A stretch of 64,000 bases of DNA from Candidatus Latescibacterota bacterium (GTDB lineage Bacteria; Latescibacterota; UBA2968; UBA8231), in the NCBI GenBank assembly GCA_965217585.1, contig OZ244561.1:1952001-2016000 (forward strand), in the 5' to 3' direction. How positions within the stretch are numbered: position 1 is the first letter of the stretch; each line of letters begins with the position of its first letter. Shown here piece after piece: positions 26,748 to 36,221 of the stretch. Below the pieces are notes generated by a model. It did not search any database. It saw nothing but the letters and a program-made list of their open reading frames with translations, and had not been told where the DNA came from. The position numbers and the translations under genes were made by a program.

Positions 26748-27839
26748 GTGAAAGCTTGGCGTTTCTATGCCTTCGGCGACATGCGGCTCGACGACATTGA
26801 GCTGGCAGCCTGCCCACCCGACCACGTGCTAGTCGAGCCGCTGGTAGTCCAGCCCAGCGCGACCGAAGCCCAGCTCGCCTTTGGAATTCCAACCTTGGCG
26901 TACGACCACGTCAAGAGCCGGCTGGAGACAGACGCGCCGCTCCAGCTCTTCGGCCACGAGTTTTGCGCCCGGATCGTAGAGGTCGGGTCAGCGGTCACCG
27001 GATACGCACCCGGCGACCGCGTAGCGGCCCGCGCCAAGCTCCCCTGCGGCGACTGCTCCCTATGCCACTCCCAGCGCAGCGATGACTGCCGGCGCGGCCC
27101 AATCATCGGCTTCCAACTACCCGGCTGCTTTGCCGAGCGCGCCCTGCTCCCGGCCATCGCGCTGGTCAAAGTCGATGACCGCATCTCCGACAGCGAGGCC
27201 GCCACCCTGCAATCGCTGAGCGACAGCATCGCCGGAGTCGAGACCGCACAGATCCGACCGGGCGATTCCGTCGCCGTCTTTGGCCAAGGCAGTATGGGCA
27301 TAGAAAGTATGCAGGCCGCGCGTGCCTGCGGAGCGGGCCAGCTCATCACCGTGGATGTGCGGCCCGAGGCTTGCGAGATCTCGCTCGCGCTGGGTGCTGA
27401 TCACACAATCAACGCCCGTGAGGACGATCCGGTCGAGGCAATCCGCGACCTGACCGGCGGCGAGGGTGCAGACGTGGTATTCGAGTGCGCCGGCGGCAGC
27501 GTCAAGCAGGGGCTGGCCGGCGACCGGGCGCTCAAACAGGCCATGCACGCGGTGCGCTCCGGCGGCAAGCTGGTGGGCGTTTCTTGGTTTGGGGCACCCC
27601 TAGAACTGGATATAGACCTGATGCGGGAGCGCAGCTTGCGCTACCTCTTCCCAGACATCAGTTCGCAAGCTCATCTAGAGTACACGGTGCGGCTGGTAGC
27701 CTCGGGGCGCATCAGCATGAAACCCACCATCCGGCACGTATTAGAGGGAATTGACAAGGTGCCGGAGGCATTTGAAATCACGGCGCACAAAGCCCAGTAC
27801 CAAGCCATCAATCCCGCGCAGGTCGTGATCGCCACTTAG
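26748..27839 (+). CDS. Zinc-dependent alcohol/sugar dehydrogenase
   Basis: FGHE, CGDCSLC...C and GQGSMG; GTG start after AAGGA. Confidence 0.9.
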   Translation: MKAWRFYAFGDMRLDDIELAACPPDHVLVEPLVVQPSATEAQLAFGIPTLAYDHVKSRLETDAPLQLFGHEFCARIVEVGSAVTGYAPGDRVAARAKLPCGDCSLCHSQRSDDCRRGPIIGFQLPGCFAERALLPAIALVKVDDRISDSEAATLQSLSDSIAGVETAQIRPGDSVAVFGQGSMGIESMQAARACGAGQLITVDVRPEACEISLALGADHTINAREDDPVEAIRDLTGGEGADVVFECAGGSVKQGLAGDRALKQAMHAVRSGGKLVGVSWFGAPLELDIDLMRERSLRYLFPDISSQAHLEYTVRLVASGRISMKPTIRHVLEGIDKVPEAFEITAHKAQYQAINPAQVVIAT

Positions 27840-27886
27840 TGGTTTTTCAAAAGAGTTAGTTACCATTTTTATTTTGGTCTTTTAGT

Positions 27887-27940
27887 CTGGATTCCCGCTT
27901 TCGCGGGAATGACGTCGCTCCCGCGAAAGCGGGAGTCCAG
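27887..27940. repeat. Inverted pair of REP/dRS3-like palindromes between convergent genes
   Basis: CTGGATTCCCGCTTTCGCGGGAATGAC followed by its imperfect reverse complement GTCGCTCCCGCGAAAGCGGGAGTCCAG. Confidence 0.8.
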
Positions 27941-27974
27941 TGCATTAAGGCAATAAATTTAATTGAAAGACCAC

Positions 27975-28829
27975 TTAGGGAATATCTGGATAGTTCAACG
28001 GCATCCCCGTCTTGCCCAGCTCGTAGTGCGCGATGTGCCAACGCCCCAAGTTGGCGCTGAGAAAAAGCGACCGATCCGGGCCGCAGAAGGCGATATTGGT
28101 CGGGGCCGCCATGGCAGTGCCCTCGTAATCGTCGGCCAAAATGTCGAGTTGGCCGTCGGCATACCGATAAATGCGGTCCGGGCGATAGCAGGAGCAGTAC
28201 AGGGTGCCCTCGTCGTCAAAGGCGAGGCCATCGGGAACGGTCTGCGGCAGATCGAACACAGTTTCGGCGGCACCAGCGCGGCCGTCGGCCTCGATTTTGA
28301 TACGGGCCACGCGGGGTTGGATGCTCATAGCCACATAGAGGTGTTCGCCCGTCGCATCTAGCGCCGTGCCGTTGGGAAATTCCGGTAGGGCGCGGCTCCA
28401 GACCTCGCCTTGGCCTCCCGGGGCGATCCTGCAGATCCAACCGTCGTTTTCGTGCCAGCCCCCAGAATTGGACACATAGAGATTGCCAGCCGTGTCAAAG
28501 ACCGGGTAGTTGGCCGCGCTCAGTGGCACCTCGCCCACGCGGTCGCAATACGTGCTGACCGCACCGTCCGGCTCGACTCGCTTGACGCCGTTGCTACAGA
28601 CATACAGGCGGTGCTGGGCATCCTGACAGATCCCGCCGACAAAGCCGCCGACTTGGGCGAACTCCTCGAATTCGCGCCGGGCCAAGTCGATGCGGTAGAT
28701 CTGGCCTGCTTCGCCGCCGGCATAGGCATAGCCATCGCAGCCCCAAGCAATGCACTCGGGATGGTCGAGACCGCTGCCAAAGTCGCCGATAATAGCTGAA
28801 ATTTGGGTGTGGGTATCGAGAAGGGCCAT
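27975..28829 (-). CDS. SMP-30/gluconolactonase family protein
   Basis: LDHPEC, ANYPVFD, FPNGTAL, VPDGLAFD and PTNIAF. Confidence 0.9.
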   Translation of the reverse strand: MALLDTHTQISAIIGDFGSGLDHPECIAWGCDGYAYAGGEAGQIYRIDLARREFEEFAQVGGFVGGICQDAQHRLYVCSNGVKRVEPDGAVSTYCDRVGEVPLSAANYPVFDTAGNLYVSNSGGWHENDGWICRIAPGGQGEVWSRALPEFPNGTALDATGEHLYVAMSIQPRVARIKIEADGRAGAAETVFDLPQTVPDGLAFDDEGTLYCSCYRPDRIYRYADGQLDILADDYEGTAMAAPTNIAFCGPDRSLFLSANLGRWHIAHYELGKTGMPLNYPDIP

Positions 28830-28965
28830 AACGTTCCTTTCGCAATAGGGTGCAAGGTCGGCACCGACGGTAATTCAAAGTCGCCGCGCCGACAAGCCCC
28901 TTATTGACAGCCACCCACGGGTGCGCTATGGTCTGCTCGCCCAACATTCACCCCAAGAGGTTCCC

Positions 28966-30099
28966 GTGAAAGCCACTAAAATCGAACGCTTGGAGCCTAT
29001 CCTCTGGGACCGCTGGCTCCTCCTGAAAATCCACTGCGAAGACGGCACTACCGGCATCGGCGAGGGCGGCGTCCACGGCTGGCAGCGGCCCACCAAAACC
29101 ATGCTCGAAACCATGGCCCCGGCCCTCGTTGGCCAGGACCCTGCCCGCATCGAGCACCACTACCAGTGGCTCTACCGCTCGTCGCACTTTATGGGATCGG
29201 TCGTCCAAGGGGCGCTCTCGGCCATTGACATCGCCCTCTGGGACATCAAGGGCAAGCGCCTCGACGTGCCGATCTACGATCTGATGGGCGGCAAAACCCG
29301 CGACAAGGTCCGCTGCTACATGCACGTCGGCGGCGATACGCTCGACGCGCTCGTCGCCGATGGCTTGGCCAAGGTGCAGCAGGGCTTTACCGCCCTCCGC
29401 TTCTCGCCCTTTGCGCCCAACTACTACCTGCACAAGTCGTACGCCGAGTGGGCCGACGAAGCCGTGCGCCGCGTCGGCGCGCTGCGCGAAGCCGTCGGCA
29501 ATGGCATCGACCTCTGCGTCGAGATCCACCGCCAGATGAATCCCGCCGAGTCGATTTGGCTCGGCCGCCGCCTCGAACAATTTCACCCGTATTTCTACGA
29601 AGACCCCATGCTGCCCGACAGCCCGGCGATCATGGGCGAAGTCCAAGCCCAGTGCAATATCCCCATCGCCACCGGCGAGCGCTTTTCCAGCATCTTCGAG
29701 TACCAACAACTCCTCGATGCTAAGGCCACATCCTATATCCGGCCGGACGTCTGCCTCTGCAGCGGCTTGACCGGATCCAAGAAGGTCGCGGCCATGGCCG
29801 AAGCCCGCCACGTCAAAGTCATTCCGCACAATCCCCTCAGCCCGGTCAGCACGGCCGCCTGCATCCAGCTCGACGCCTGCATCCCCAACTTCGCCTTGCA
29901 GGAGTACACCGGTGAAGCCGAGCCGCCCAAGAGCGAACTGTTGATCGAACCGCTCAAACTAGCAGCAGGCTACTTGATCGTGCCCGAGGGGCCCGGCCTC
30001 GGGATCGCGCTCGACGAGGATGCCTTGCGCCGCCATCCAGTCCAAGACAAGGTCCTCGACACGCCCATCGGCTACGACGGGTCGGTGCAAGACCGCTAA
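28966..30099 (+). CDS. Galactonate dehydratase-like enolase superfamily enzyme
   Basis: GIGEG, SAIDIALWDIKGK, EIHR, YEDP, IATGER and IPHNPLSPV. Confidence 0.88.
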   Translation: MKATKIERLEPILWDRWLLLKIHCEDGTTGIGEGGVHGWQRPTKTMLETMAPALVGQDPARIEHHYQWLYRSSHFMGSVVQGALSAIDIALWDIKGKRLDVPIYDLMGGKTRDKVRCYMHVGGDTLDALVADGLAKVQQGFTALRFSPFAPNYYLHKSYAEWADEAVRRVGALREAVGNGIDLCVEIHRQMNPAESIWLGRRLEQFHPYFYEDPMLPDSPAIMGEVQAQCNIPIATGERFSSIFEYQQLLDAKATSYIRPDVCLCSGLTGSKKVAAMAEARHVKVIPHNPLSPVSTAACIQLDACIPNFALQEYTGEAEPPKSELLIEPLKLAAGYLIVPEGPGLGIALDEDALRRHPVQDKVLDTPIGYDGSVQDR

Positions 30100-30108
30100 G
30101 GATACACC

Positions 30109-30960
30109 ATGGATTTTGCAAAATTAGCAGACGAACAACGCGACTTTTTCGACGCCAACGGCTATCTCATCGTCCCCGATGCGCTCGACCCGGAGACCAT
30201 TGAACAGGTCGCCGCCGCCGCCGACCGCCTGATGGACGACTTCGCCTACGAAGGCTATTACCAGCACCGCCGCGATGGCCTAGTCCAAGACCCGACCCTC
30301 GCCAAGCTGGCCACCGCCTCAGCGATCGTCCCACTCGTCATCCAGGTCCTCGGCACCCATATCCACATCACCAACACAGCCCTGATCTACAAACACCCCC
30401 AGCCCGCCGACGACCCCGGCGACTGCACTTGGCACCGCGACGTCGGCGTCCACCTCGACTTGGGGCACGCCCGTATTCCGCGCGTCGGCCTCAAGGTTGG
30501 CTACTGCCTCACCGACATGGACGGTCCCCATACCGGTGCCACGCTCTTCGCGCCCAGCAGCAATCGCCTCGCCGAACCCCTCGTCATCCCCAAAGACCGG
30601 ATCCATCCCGCAGAATACCTCGAACCCCGCCTCAAAGCCGGCGACGCCTTTTTCTTTGAAAGCCGCATCTACCACGGCGCGGCGATCAACAGCCAGGACC
30701 ACATCTCCAAGGTCGCGATGTTCGGTTACCACTACTGCTGGGTCCGCCCCGATTACTATCTGCGCTACTACGCCGACGAGGTACAGCCGAGCGCGGCCGT
30801 GGTCGCCAATCTCGACGACGTCGGCCGCCAACTCCTAGGGGCCACCGCCGACGCGCAGGGACGCGAAGACCCCAACGGCATCCACTGGCCCATCGCCGAA
30901 TGGACCGCAGAGCACGGCTTGTCTTTGGAAAGAGCACCGCAGCGAATCGACGCGGTGTGA
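30109..30960 (+). CDS. PhyH family dioxygenase
   Basis: FFDANGYL, WHRD and AGDAFFFESRIYHG. Confidence 0.88.
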   Translation: MDFAKLADEQRDFFDANGYLIVPDALDPETIEQVAAAADRLMDDFAYEGYYQHRRDGLVQDPTLAKLATASAIVPLVIQVLGTHIHITNTALIYKHPQPADDPGDCTWHRDVGVHLDLGHARIPRVGLKVGYCLTDMDGPHTGATLFAPSSNRLAEPLVIPKDRIHPAEYLEPRLKAGDAFFFESRIYHGAAINSQDHISKVAMFGYHYCWVRPDYYLRYYADEVQPSAAVVANLDDVGRQLLGATADAQGREDPNGIHWPIAEWTAEHGLSLERAPQRIDAV

Positions 30961-31164
30961 GGTCAGATATACAGTCACGCATTCTCGGTAAATATCCATG
31001 CAATTTGCTAATAGCCTTTAGCTTTTTACATGGATCATAGCCGAACTAAGATATTTTAAGTAGAGCATCTACCTGCTCGGCAAGACCGCGCAGGAACTTA
31101 AATTCAGTGCCATATGTCGCATATTTAAGAAATCGCACCCCAATAGAAAGGTTCAAGTACCACT

Positions 31165-32598
31165 ATGAAAATCCGCCCCTTCAGCGCTAGCCACCTCTCG
31201 CGCTGCATCTTGACCATCCTCATCACAGGCTGCAACTCATTGCCCATGACCCAAGTTCAATCCGGCCTCGACCGCATCCAGCCCTATCCGGCCAATCCGC
31301 GCTACTGGCAGTACAAAGGCCAACCAGTGCTCTTGCTCGGCGGCACGATCAAAGACTGCCTCTTCCAAATACCCGATCTCGAAGCCCATCTCGACCTGCT
31401 GCAATCGGTCGGCGGCAACTACGTGCGCAATACCATGAGCGACCGCCGCGTCTACGGCTATGAGGTCCCAGCCTTCCACCAAAATGCCGACGGCCAGTAC
31501 GACCTCAACCGCTGGAACCCGACGTATTGGCAGCGCTTTGCCGATTTTCTGCGCTGGACCGCCGAGCGCGACATCATCGTCCAGATAGAAATGTGGGACC
31601 GCTTTGACCACAGCCAAATACATTGGCAAGAAGGCCCCCTCAATCCGGCCAACAATATCAACTATACCGTCGAGGAATCGGGCCTAAAGACAGACTATCC
31701 CGCCCACCCCGGCGGCAATTGGCAGCCCTTTTTCTTTACGGTTCCCACCTTGCGTAACAACCAAGTCGTGCTGCCCTACCAACAAGCTTTCGTCGATCAA
31801 GTCCTCAAGCATTCCCTCGCCTACGACCACGTGCTCTACTGCATGGACAACGAAACCAGCGGCGACCCAGCGTGGGGGGCCTATTGGAACGACTATATCA
31901 AGGAGCGGGCACAGCAGGCGGGCAAAACCGTTGAAACCACCGAAATGTGGGACGAGTGGGACGTGCGCGGGCAGACCCATCGCGCCACCTTCGATCACCC
32001 GGAGCAGTATTCTTTTATCGACATCTCGCAGAATAGCTGGCAGCGCGAGCAGACCAATTGGGATCGCGCCCAGTGGGTGTGGCAGTACATCGACGCGCAG
32101 CCCCGGCCGATCAATTCGACCAAGATCTACGGTGCCGAGACCCACCGGGATCAAAGCCGAGGCATCGACGCCCGCCACGCCACCGAGTGCTTTTGGCGCA
32201 ACCTCATCGGCGGCTTCGCCTCCAGCCGTTTTCACCGGCCAGATTCCGGCATCGGGCTAAGCCCCCAAGCCCAAGCCCACATTCGCAGCGGCCGTCTGCT
32301 GTCCGCGGTCTTCGACTTTTTCAACGCCGCGCCGGATTCCGACAGCGCCCTGCTGCGCGACCGCGCCGCCAACGAGGCCTATCTCAGCCGCGTCCCCGGC
32401 CGCCAGTACGCGCTCTACTTTACCGATGGCCGCGCTGTGGGTCTTGATCTGACTGGGGCAGAAGGTACCTTCCAAGTCCAATGGCTCGACATTACTGCCA
32501 GCACCTGGACCTCCACCGCCGACTTGGACGGTGGCGGCATAGTACAACTAGCCCCTCCCCGAGGCGGCCCCTCGGTCGCCCTGCTGACGCGGCGATAG
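31165..32598 (+). CDS. Putative glycoside hydrolase-like protein with C-terminal collagen-binding-like domain, possibly a lipoprotein
   Basis: YWQYKGQPVLLLGG, GGNYVR, YDLNRWNPTYWQR and DNET; ITGC lipobox-like signal. Confidence 0.6.
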   Translation: MKIRPFSASHLSRCILTILITGCNSLPMTQVQSGLDRIQPYPANPRYWQYKGQPVLLLGGTIKDCLFQIPDLEAHLDLLQSVGGNYVRNTMSDRRVYGYEVPAFHQNADGQYDLNRWNPTYWQRFADFLRWTAERDIIVQIEMWDRFDHSQIHWQEGPLNPANNINYTVEESGLKTDYPAHPGGNWQPFFFTVPTLRNNQVVLPYQQAFVDQVLKHSLAYDHVLYCMDNETSGDPAWGAYWNDYIKERAQQAGKTVETTEMWDEWDVRGQTHRATFDHPEQYSFIDISQNSWQREQTNWDRAQWVWQYIDAQPRPINSTKIYGAETHRDQSRGIDARHATECFWRNLIGGFASSRFHRPDSGIGLSPQAQAHIRSGRLLSAVFDFFNAAPDSDSALLRDRAANEAYLSRVPGRQYALYFTDGRAVGLDLTGAEGTFQVQWLDITASTWTSTADLDGGGIVQLAPPRGGPSVALLTRR

Positions 32599-32602
32599 CA
32601 TT

Positions 32603-33541
32603 ATGACCACTAGCGACCGCACCTTCTTCGGCCAGACCGATCTTCAGGTCTCGCGCTTGTGCCAAGGCACCGCCTTTCGCCACCTGCCCCGCGCCGACAA
32701 CCCCCAATCCCTAGCTGTGCTCCACCACTGCTTGGACCAAGGCGTCAACTTCTTCGACACAGCGCAGGCCTACGGTTGGGGCGGAGCCGAGGAGGTGCTA
32801 GGGCGGGCGATCGCTGGTCGGCGCGACGAGGTCGTTATCTGCACCAAGATTCCTGCTTCGCTGGCCCCCACAAGCGACGGCGACCCCGGCGAGCGCGTCC
32901 GCTACACCCGCGCCCATCTCACCGACCGTCTCGAAGAAAGTCTCCGTCGCCTCCGCACCCCCTACGTCGATCTCTACCTTTTACACCACCGCGACGCGGA
33001 CACGCCGCCGGAGGCCATCGCCGAGGTCATGGAGGATCTGGTGCAGGCCGGCAAGACCCGCTATTGGGGCGTCTCCAACCACCGCGCCGCCGAAGTCGCA
33101 GCCTTTCTCGACCTAGCCCCCATCGCTGGCGTCGAGGACTACTACAATATCGCCGGCAGCCACTGCGACGAGACGGGACGCTCGCGAGTGGAGATTTATG
33201 AAGAGGAAATGCTGCCCCTGCTACAGCGCACCGGGCTAGGGTGCCTAGCCTTCAGCCCGATGGACACCGGCCTCCTAGCCCGACCCAACGACCCGGCCCT
33301 CGCCGCTTTAGTCGCCGCCATCGACCAAGTCGCCGCCGATTTGGGCACCTCGCGCGCTGCCGTCTGCGTCGCCTGGGTCCTGCATCAGGGCCTTACCTGT
33401 GTGCTCGCTGGTGCCGAAAGCGCCGCGCACGTCGACGCCAATCTCCAAGGCACCTGCCTCCAACTCCCCTCAGACGCCCTCGCCGCCCTCGACCAAGCGC
33501 GCCGCACCTATCGCGCCAGCCAACAGGAGCAACGCACATGA
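32603..33541 (+). CDS. Aldo/keto reductase
   Basis: FFDTAQAYG, ICTK, SLRRLRTPYVDLYLLH and WGVSN. Confidence 0.92.
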   Translation: MTTSDRTFFGQTDLQVSRLCQGTAFRHLPRADNPQSLAVLHHCLDQGVNFFDTAQAYGWGGAEEVLGRAIAGRRDEVVICTKIPASLAPTSDGDPGERVRYTRAHLTDRLEESLRRLRTPYVDLYLLHHRDADTPPEAIAEVMEDLVQAGKTRYWGVSNHRAAEVAAFLDLAPIAGVEDYYNIAGSHCDETGRSRVEIYEEEMLPLLQRTGLGCLAFSPMDTGLLARPNDPALAALVAAIDQVAADLGTSRAAVCVAWVLHQGLTCVLAGAESAAHVDANLQGTCLQLPSDALAALDQARRTYRASQQEQRT

Positions 33542-34419
33542 ACATCGTCGATGCCCATATCCACGTCTGGTCCTCCGACTTCGACCGGTATCCGCTAGCC
33601 CCCGGCTTTACGCCCGCCGACCTGTGGCTGCCCTCTTTTACGCCTGCCGACCACTTTGCGTATAGCCGCAAGGTCGGCAAAGTCCGCATCAACCTAGTGC
33701 AGATGACTTGGTACGGCCTCGACCACCGCTACATCCTCGATCTGATCGCCTCTGATCCTGAGACTTATACTGGCACCGGCATCGTCCCCGGGGTCTCCGA
33801 CGTGTCGCTGGCCGACCCGGGCAAGACCATGCTCGCCTTGGCCGAGGGGGGCATTCGCGCCTTCCGCGTGCGCGGCGGCAGCACGGGGCGTCCGACTGCC
33901 TTTGGTCGCCTAGACCGCTGGCTCGACTACCCCGGCTATGAATCGATGTTCCGCACCGGGGCCGAGCACAATCTGGCCCTTAGCTTCCTCATGGGACTCA
34001 CAGACCTGCCCGGCCTGATCCGCCTCTGCCGCCGTTTTCCCGCAACCCCCGTGATCCTCGACCATATCTGCGGAGTGCGCATCCGCGACGGCGTCTGGCC
34101 CGAAGGCGATATCCGCACCCTCTGCAACATGGCCCGCTACCCGCGCGTCATGGTCAAGCTCGGTCCGTTCCAAGCCCTCGGCGACGGCGAAGCCCCTTAC
34201 CTCGACCTCCTGCCCCTCATCGAGCGCGTCGTCGATGCCTTTGGACCCGAGCGCGTCATGTGGGAAAGCGACAGCGGCGGTCCCGTGGTCATGCAAGATC
34301 CCCATAATGACTTCGCCGCGGCGATTGCCCTAATCCGCGACCACGCCGATTTCCTCAGCCTGAGCGACAAGGAGCAGATCCTAGTCAAAACAGCCGAGAA
34401 TTTCTTCTTCAATCGCTAG
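33538..34419 (+). CDS. Amidohydrolase_2 family protein
   Basis: IVDAHIHVW, VILDHI and FGPERVMWESD; ATG 33538 overlaps the upstream stop. Confidence 0.88.
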   Translation: MNIVDAHIHVWSSDFDRYPLAPGFTPADLWLPSFTPADHFAYSRKVGKVRINLVQMTWYGLDHRYILDLIASDPETYTGTGIVPGVSDVSLADPGKTMLALAEGGIRAFRVRGGSTGRPTAFGRLDRWLDYPGYESMFRTGAEHNLALSFLMGLTDLPGLIRLCRRFPATPVILDHICGVRIRDGVWPEGDIRTLCNMARYPRVMVKLGPFQALGDGEAPYLDLLPLIERVVDAFGPERVMWESDSGGPVVMQDPHNDFAAAIALIRDHADFLSLSDKEQILVKTAENFFFNR

Positions 34420-34431
34420 GAATAAACACTC

Positions 34432-35280
34432 GTGTCTGAATCGCCAAAACATAGGACCGCCATGGAACTCACCGACGCCCATCTCGACGAATTAGAACAA
34501 CGAGGTTTTATCATCCTGCCCGGCTTCCGCCACGGCGAGGAGCTAAAAGCAATGCAGCAAGCCCAGCGCCGCATCCTGCCATCGTGGGATGAAGTAAAGG
34601 ACGACCCGCCCCCCGGCCGCGCCACCCTCACCGAATTCCCGCCCCCTGAAATGGCGCTGCTGCGCGGCATCGTCCACCATCAAGCCTGGGCCTTTGCCAG
34701 GAAGTGGTTTGACAGCGAGCATATCCACTTCCGCGCCGGTTGCATGATCGCCCGCTATCCAGGTTTCAAAGGCGGCGGTACCGGCTCGGACGCCTCCGCG
34801 CTGCATCTCGACAATGGCAACAACTCACTGCTGCCGCCCTCCGACTCAGCCCGCGCCTTCGGCCAGCTCGTTTTCTGGCACCACCTCGAAGCAGTTGGTG
34901 AAGACCAGGCACCGCTGCGATTGATCCCCAAAGAACATGGCCACGATATGAGCAAAGCCGAGCCGCTCGTCTGCGAAGCCGGCACCCTCTGCGTCTTCAC
35001 CAATTACACCATGCACTCCGCCAGCGACTATCTGCGCGCCGACGGCCAGCGCTACACCTCGGGTTTCGGCCTCGGCCGCGCCGACCACTACTGGGAGGGT
35101 TTCCGCCATTACACCGACAAGGGCAAAAACCCGATCTTCAGCGAATTCATCGGCACCCTCACCGCCGCCGAAAGGGAAGTCTTCCGCTTCCCGCCCGCCG
35201 GCCACGCTTATTACACACCGCAAACCCTCGCCGCCCTCGAAGAACAGTACCCCGGCTGGAACGCCCGCAATGAGTACTAA
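34432..35280 (+). CDS. PhyH family dioxygenase
   Basis: QRGFIILP, LHLD and AGTLCVFTNYTMH. Confidence 0.78.
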   Translation: MSESPKHRTAMELTDAHLDELEQRGFIILPGFRHGEELKAMQQAQRRILPSWDEVKDDPPPGRATLTEFPPPEMALLRGIVHHQAWAFARKWFDSEHIHFRAGCMIARYPGFKGGGTGSDASALHLDNGNNSLLPPSDSARAFGQLVFWHHLEAVGEDQAPLRLIPKEHGHDMSKAEPLVCEAGTLCVFTNYTMHSASDYLRADGQRYTSGFGLGRADHYWEGFRHYTDKGKNPIFSEFIGTLTAAEREVFRFPPAGHAYYTPQTLAALEEQYPGWNARNEY

Positions 35281-35383
35281 CTCGGTGGAGGGTCTGCCTG
35301 CGGGCATACCTTGATGCACCTCCCCCCATTCCGTACACTCCCCCCAACTAACCCACCCCACCGTCCCCAAAGGAGTCCCAATC

Positions 35384-36190
35384 GTGAAAATCGGCCTCTA
35401 CGCTTCCATGTTCGGCAAAGACGACCCGCCCACCCTGCAAAGCATTGAAAGTTACATCGACCACGCCTACGACCTCCGTCTCGACTTGATCGACTTCCGC
35501 CGCGACCGCGGCTTTAGCTCCGAAGACACCGACTACCTCATCAAGACCAAACTCGCCTGCATCGAAAAGGGGCTTGCCATCGGCTACTTGGCTTCCGGTG
35601 GGCACTTTGTCGGCAGCGATGAGGAGTTGCGCGACAAGGTCGCCACCGCCAAGGCCGACATGGACATCGCGCTGATTTTGGGCGCGCCTATGATCCGCCT
35701 GTTCTGCGGCCAGCCCCTCACCGACCCGGAGGAGCGCGCACGCGAAATCCGCTGTTTTCAGGAGGTCGCCGACTACGGCCTCGAAATAGGCATCGCCATG
35801 GGCCTGCAAAATCACCCCTCCACCGGCGACGACGTCATACGCATCATCGAGGAAACCGACCGGCCCAACTTTAGCTTCCTGCTCGACACCGGCCAGTGGT
35901 GCGGTTCGCCGGCCCGCAACCGAGGCATTCCCGACCCGGACCACGACATCTACGCCTACATGCAGCAAACCGCCCATCTAGCCACCCACGTCCGCGCCAA
36001 GTTCTACAAAATCGACAGCGGCAAAGAAGAGTGGATCGACTACGAGCGCATCGTCCCCATCCTCGCCGAGGCCGGATACAACGGGCCGCTCTCCGTCGTC
36101 TTTGAGGGCCAGGATATCAACGATTGCGACGACAAAGAGGTCATGCGTTTGGCCGCCGAACACCTGCGGGATTTGGTCTCCCGGCTCTAA
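35384..36190 (+). CDS. Sugar phosphate isomerase/epimerase (xylose isomerase-like TIM barrel)
   Basis: GAPMIRLF, QNH, LLDTGQW and GYNGPLSVVFEG. Confidence 0.85.
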   Translation: MKIGLYASMFGKDDPPTLQSIESYIDHAYDLRLDLIDFRRDRGFSSEDTDYLIKTKLACIEKGLAIGYLASGGHFVGSDEELRDKVATAKADMDIALILGAPMIRLFCGQPLTDPEERAREIRCFQEVADYGLEIGIAMGLQNHPSTGDDVIRIIEETDRPNFSFLLDTGQWCGSPARNRGIPDPDHDIYAYMQQTAHLATHVRAKFYKIDSGKEEWIDYERIVPILAEAGYNGPLSVVFEGQDINDCDDKEVMRLAAEHLRDLVSRL

Positions 36191-36221
36191 CGCCAACCCC
36201 TTTCCGAATAGAGACTACGCC

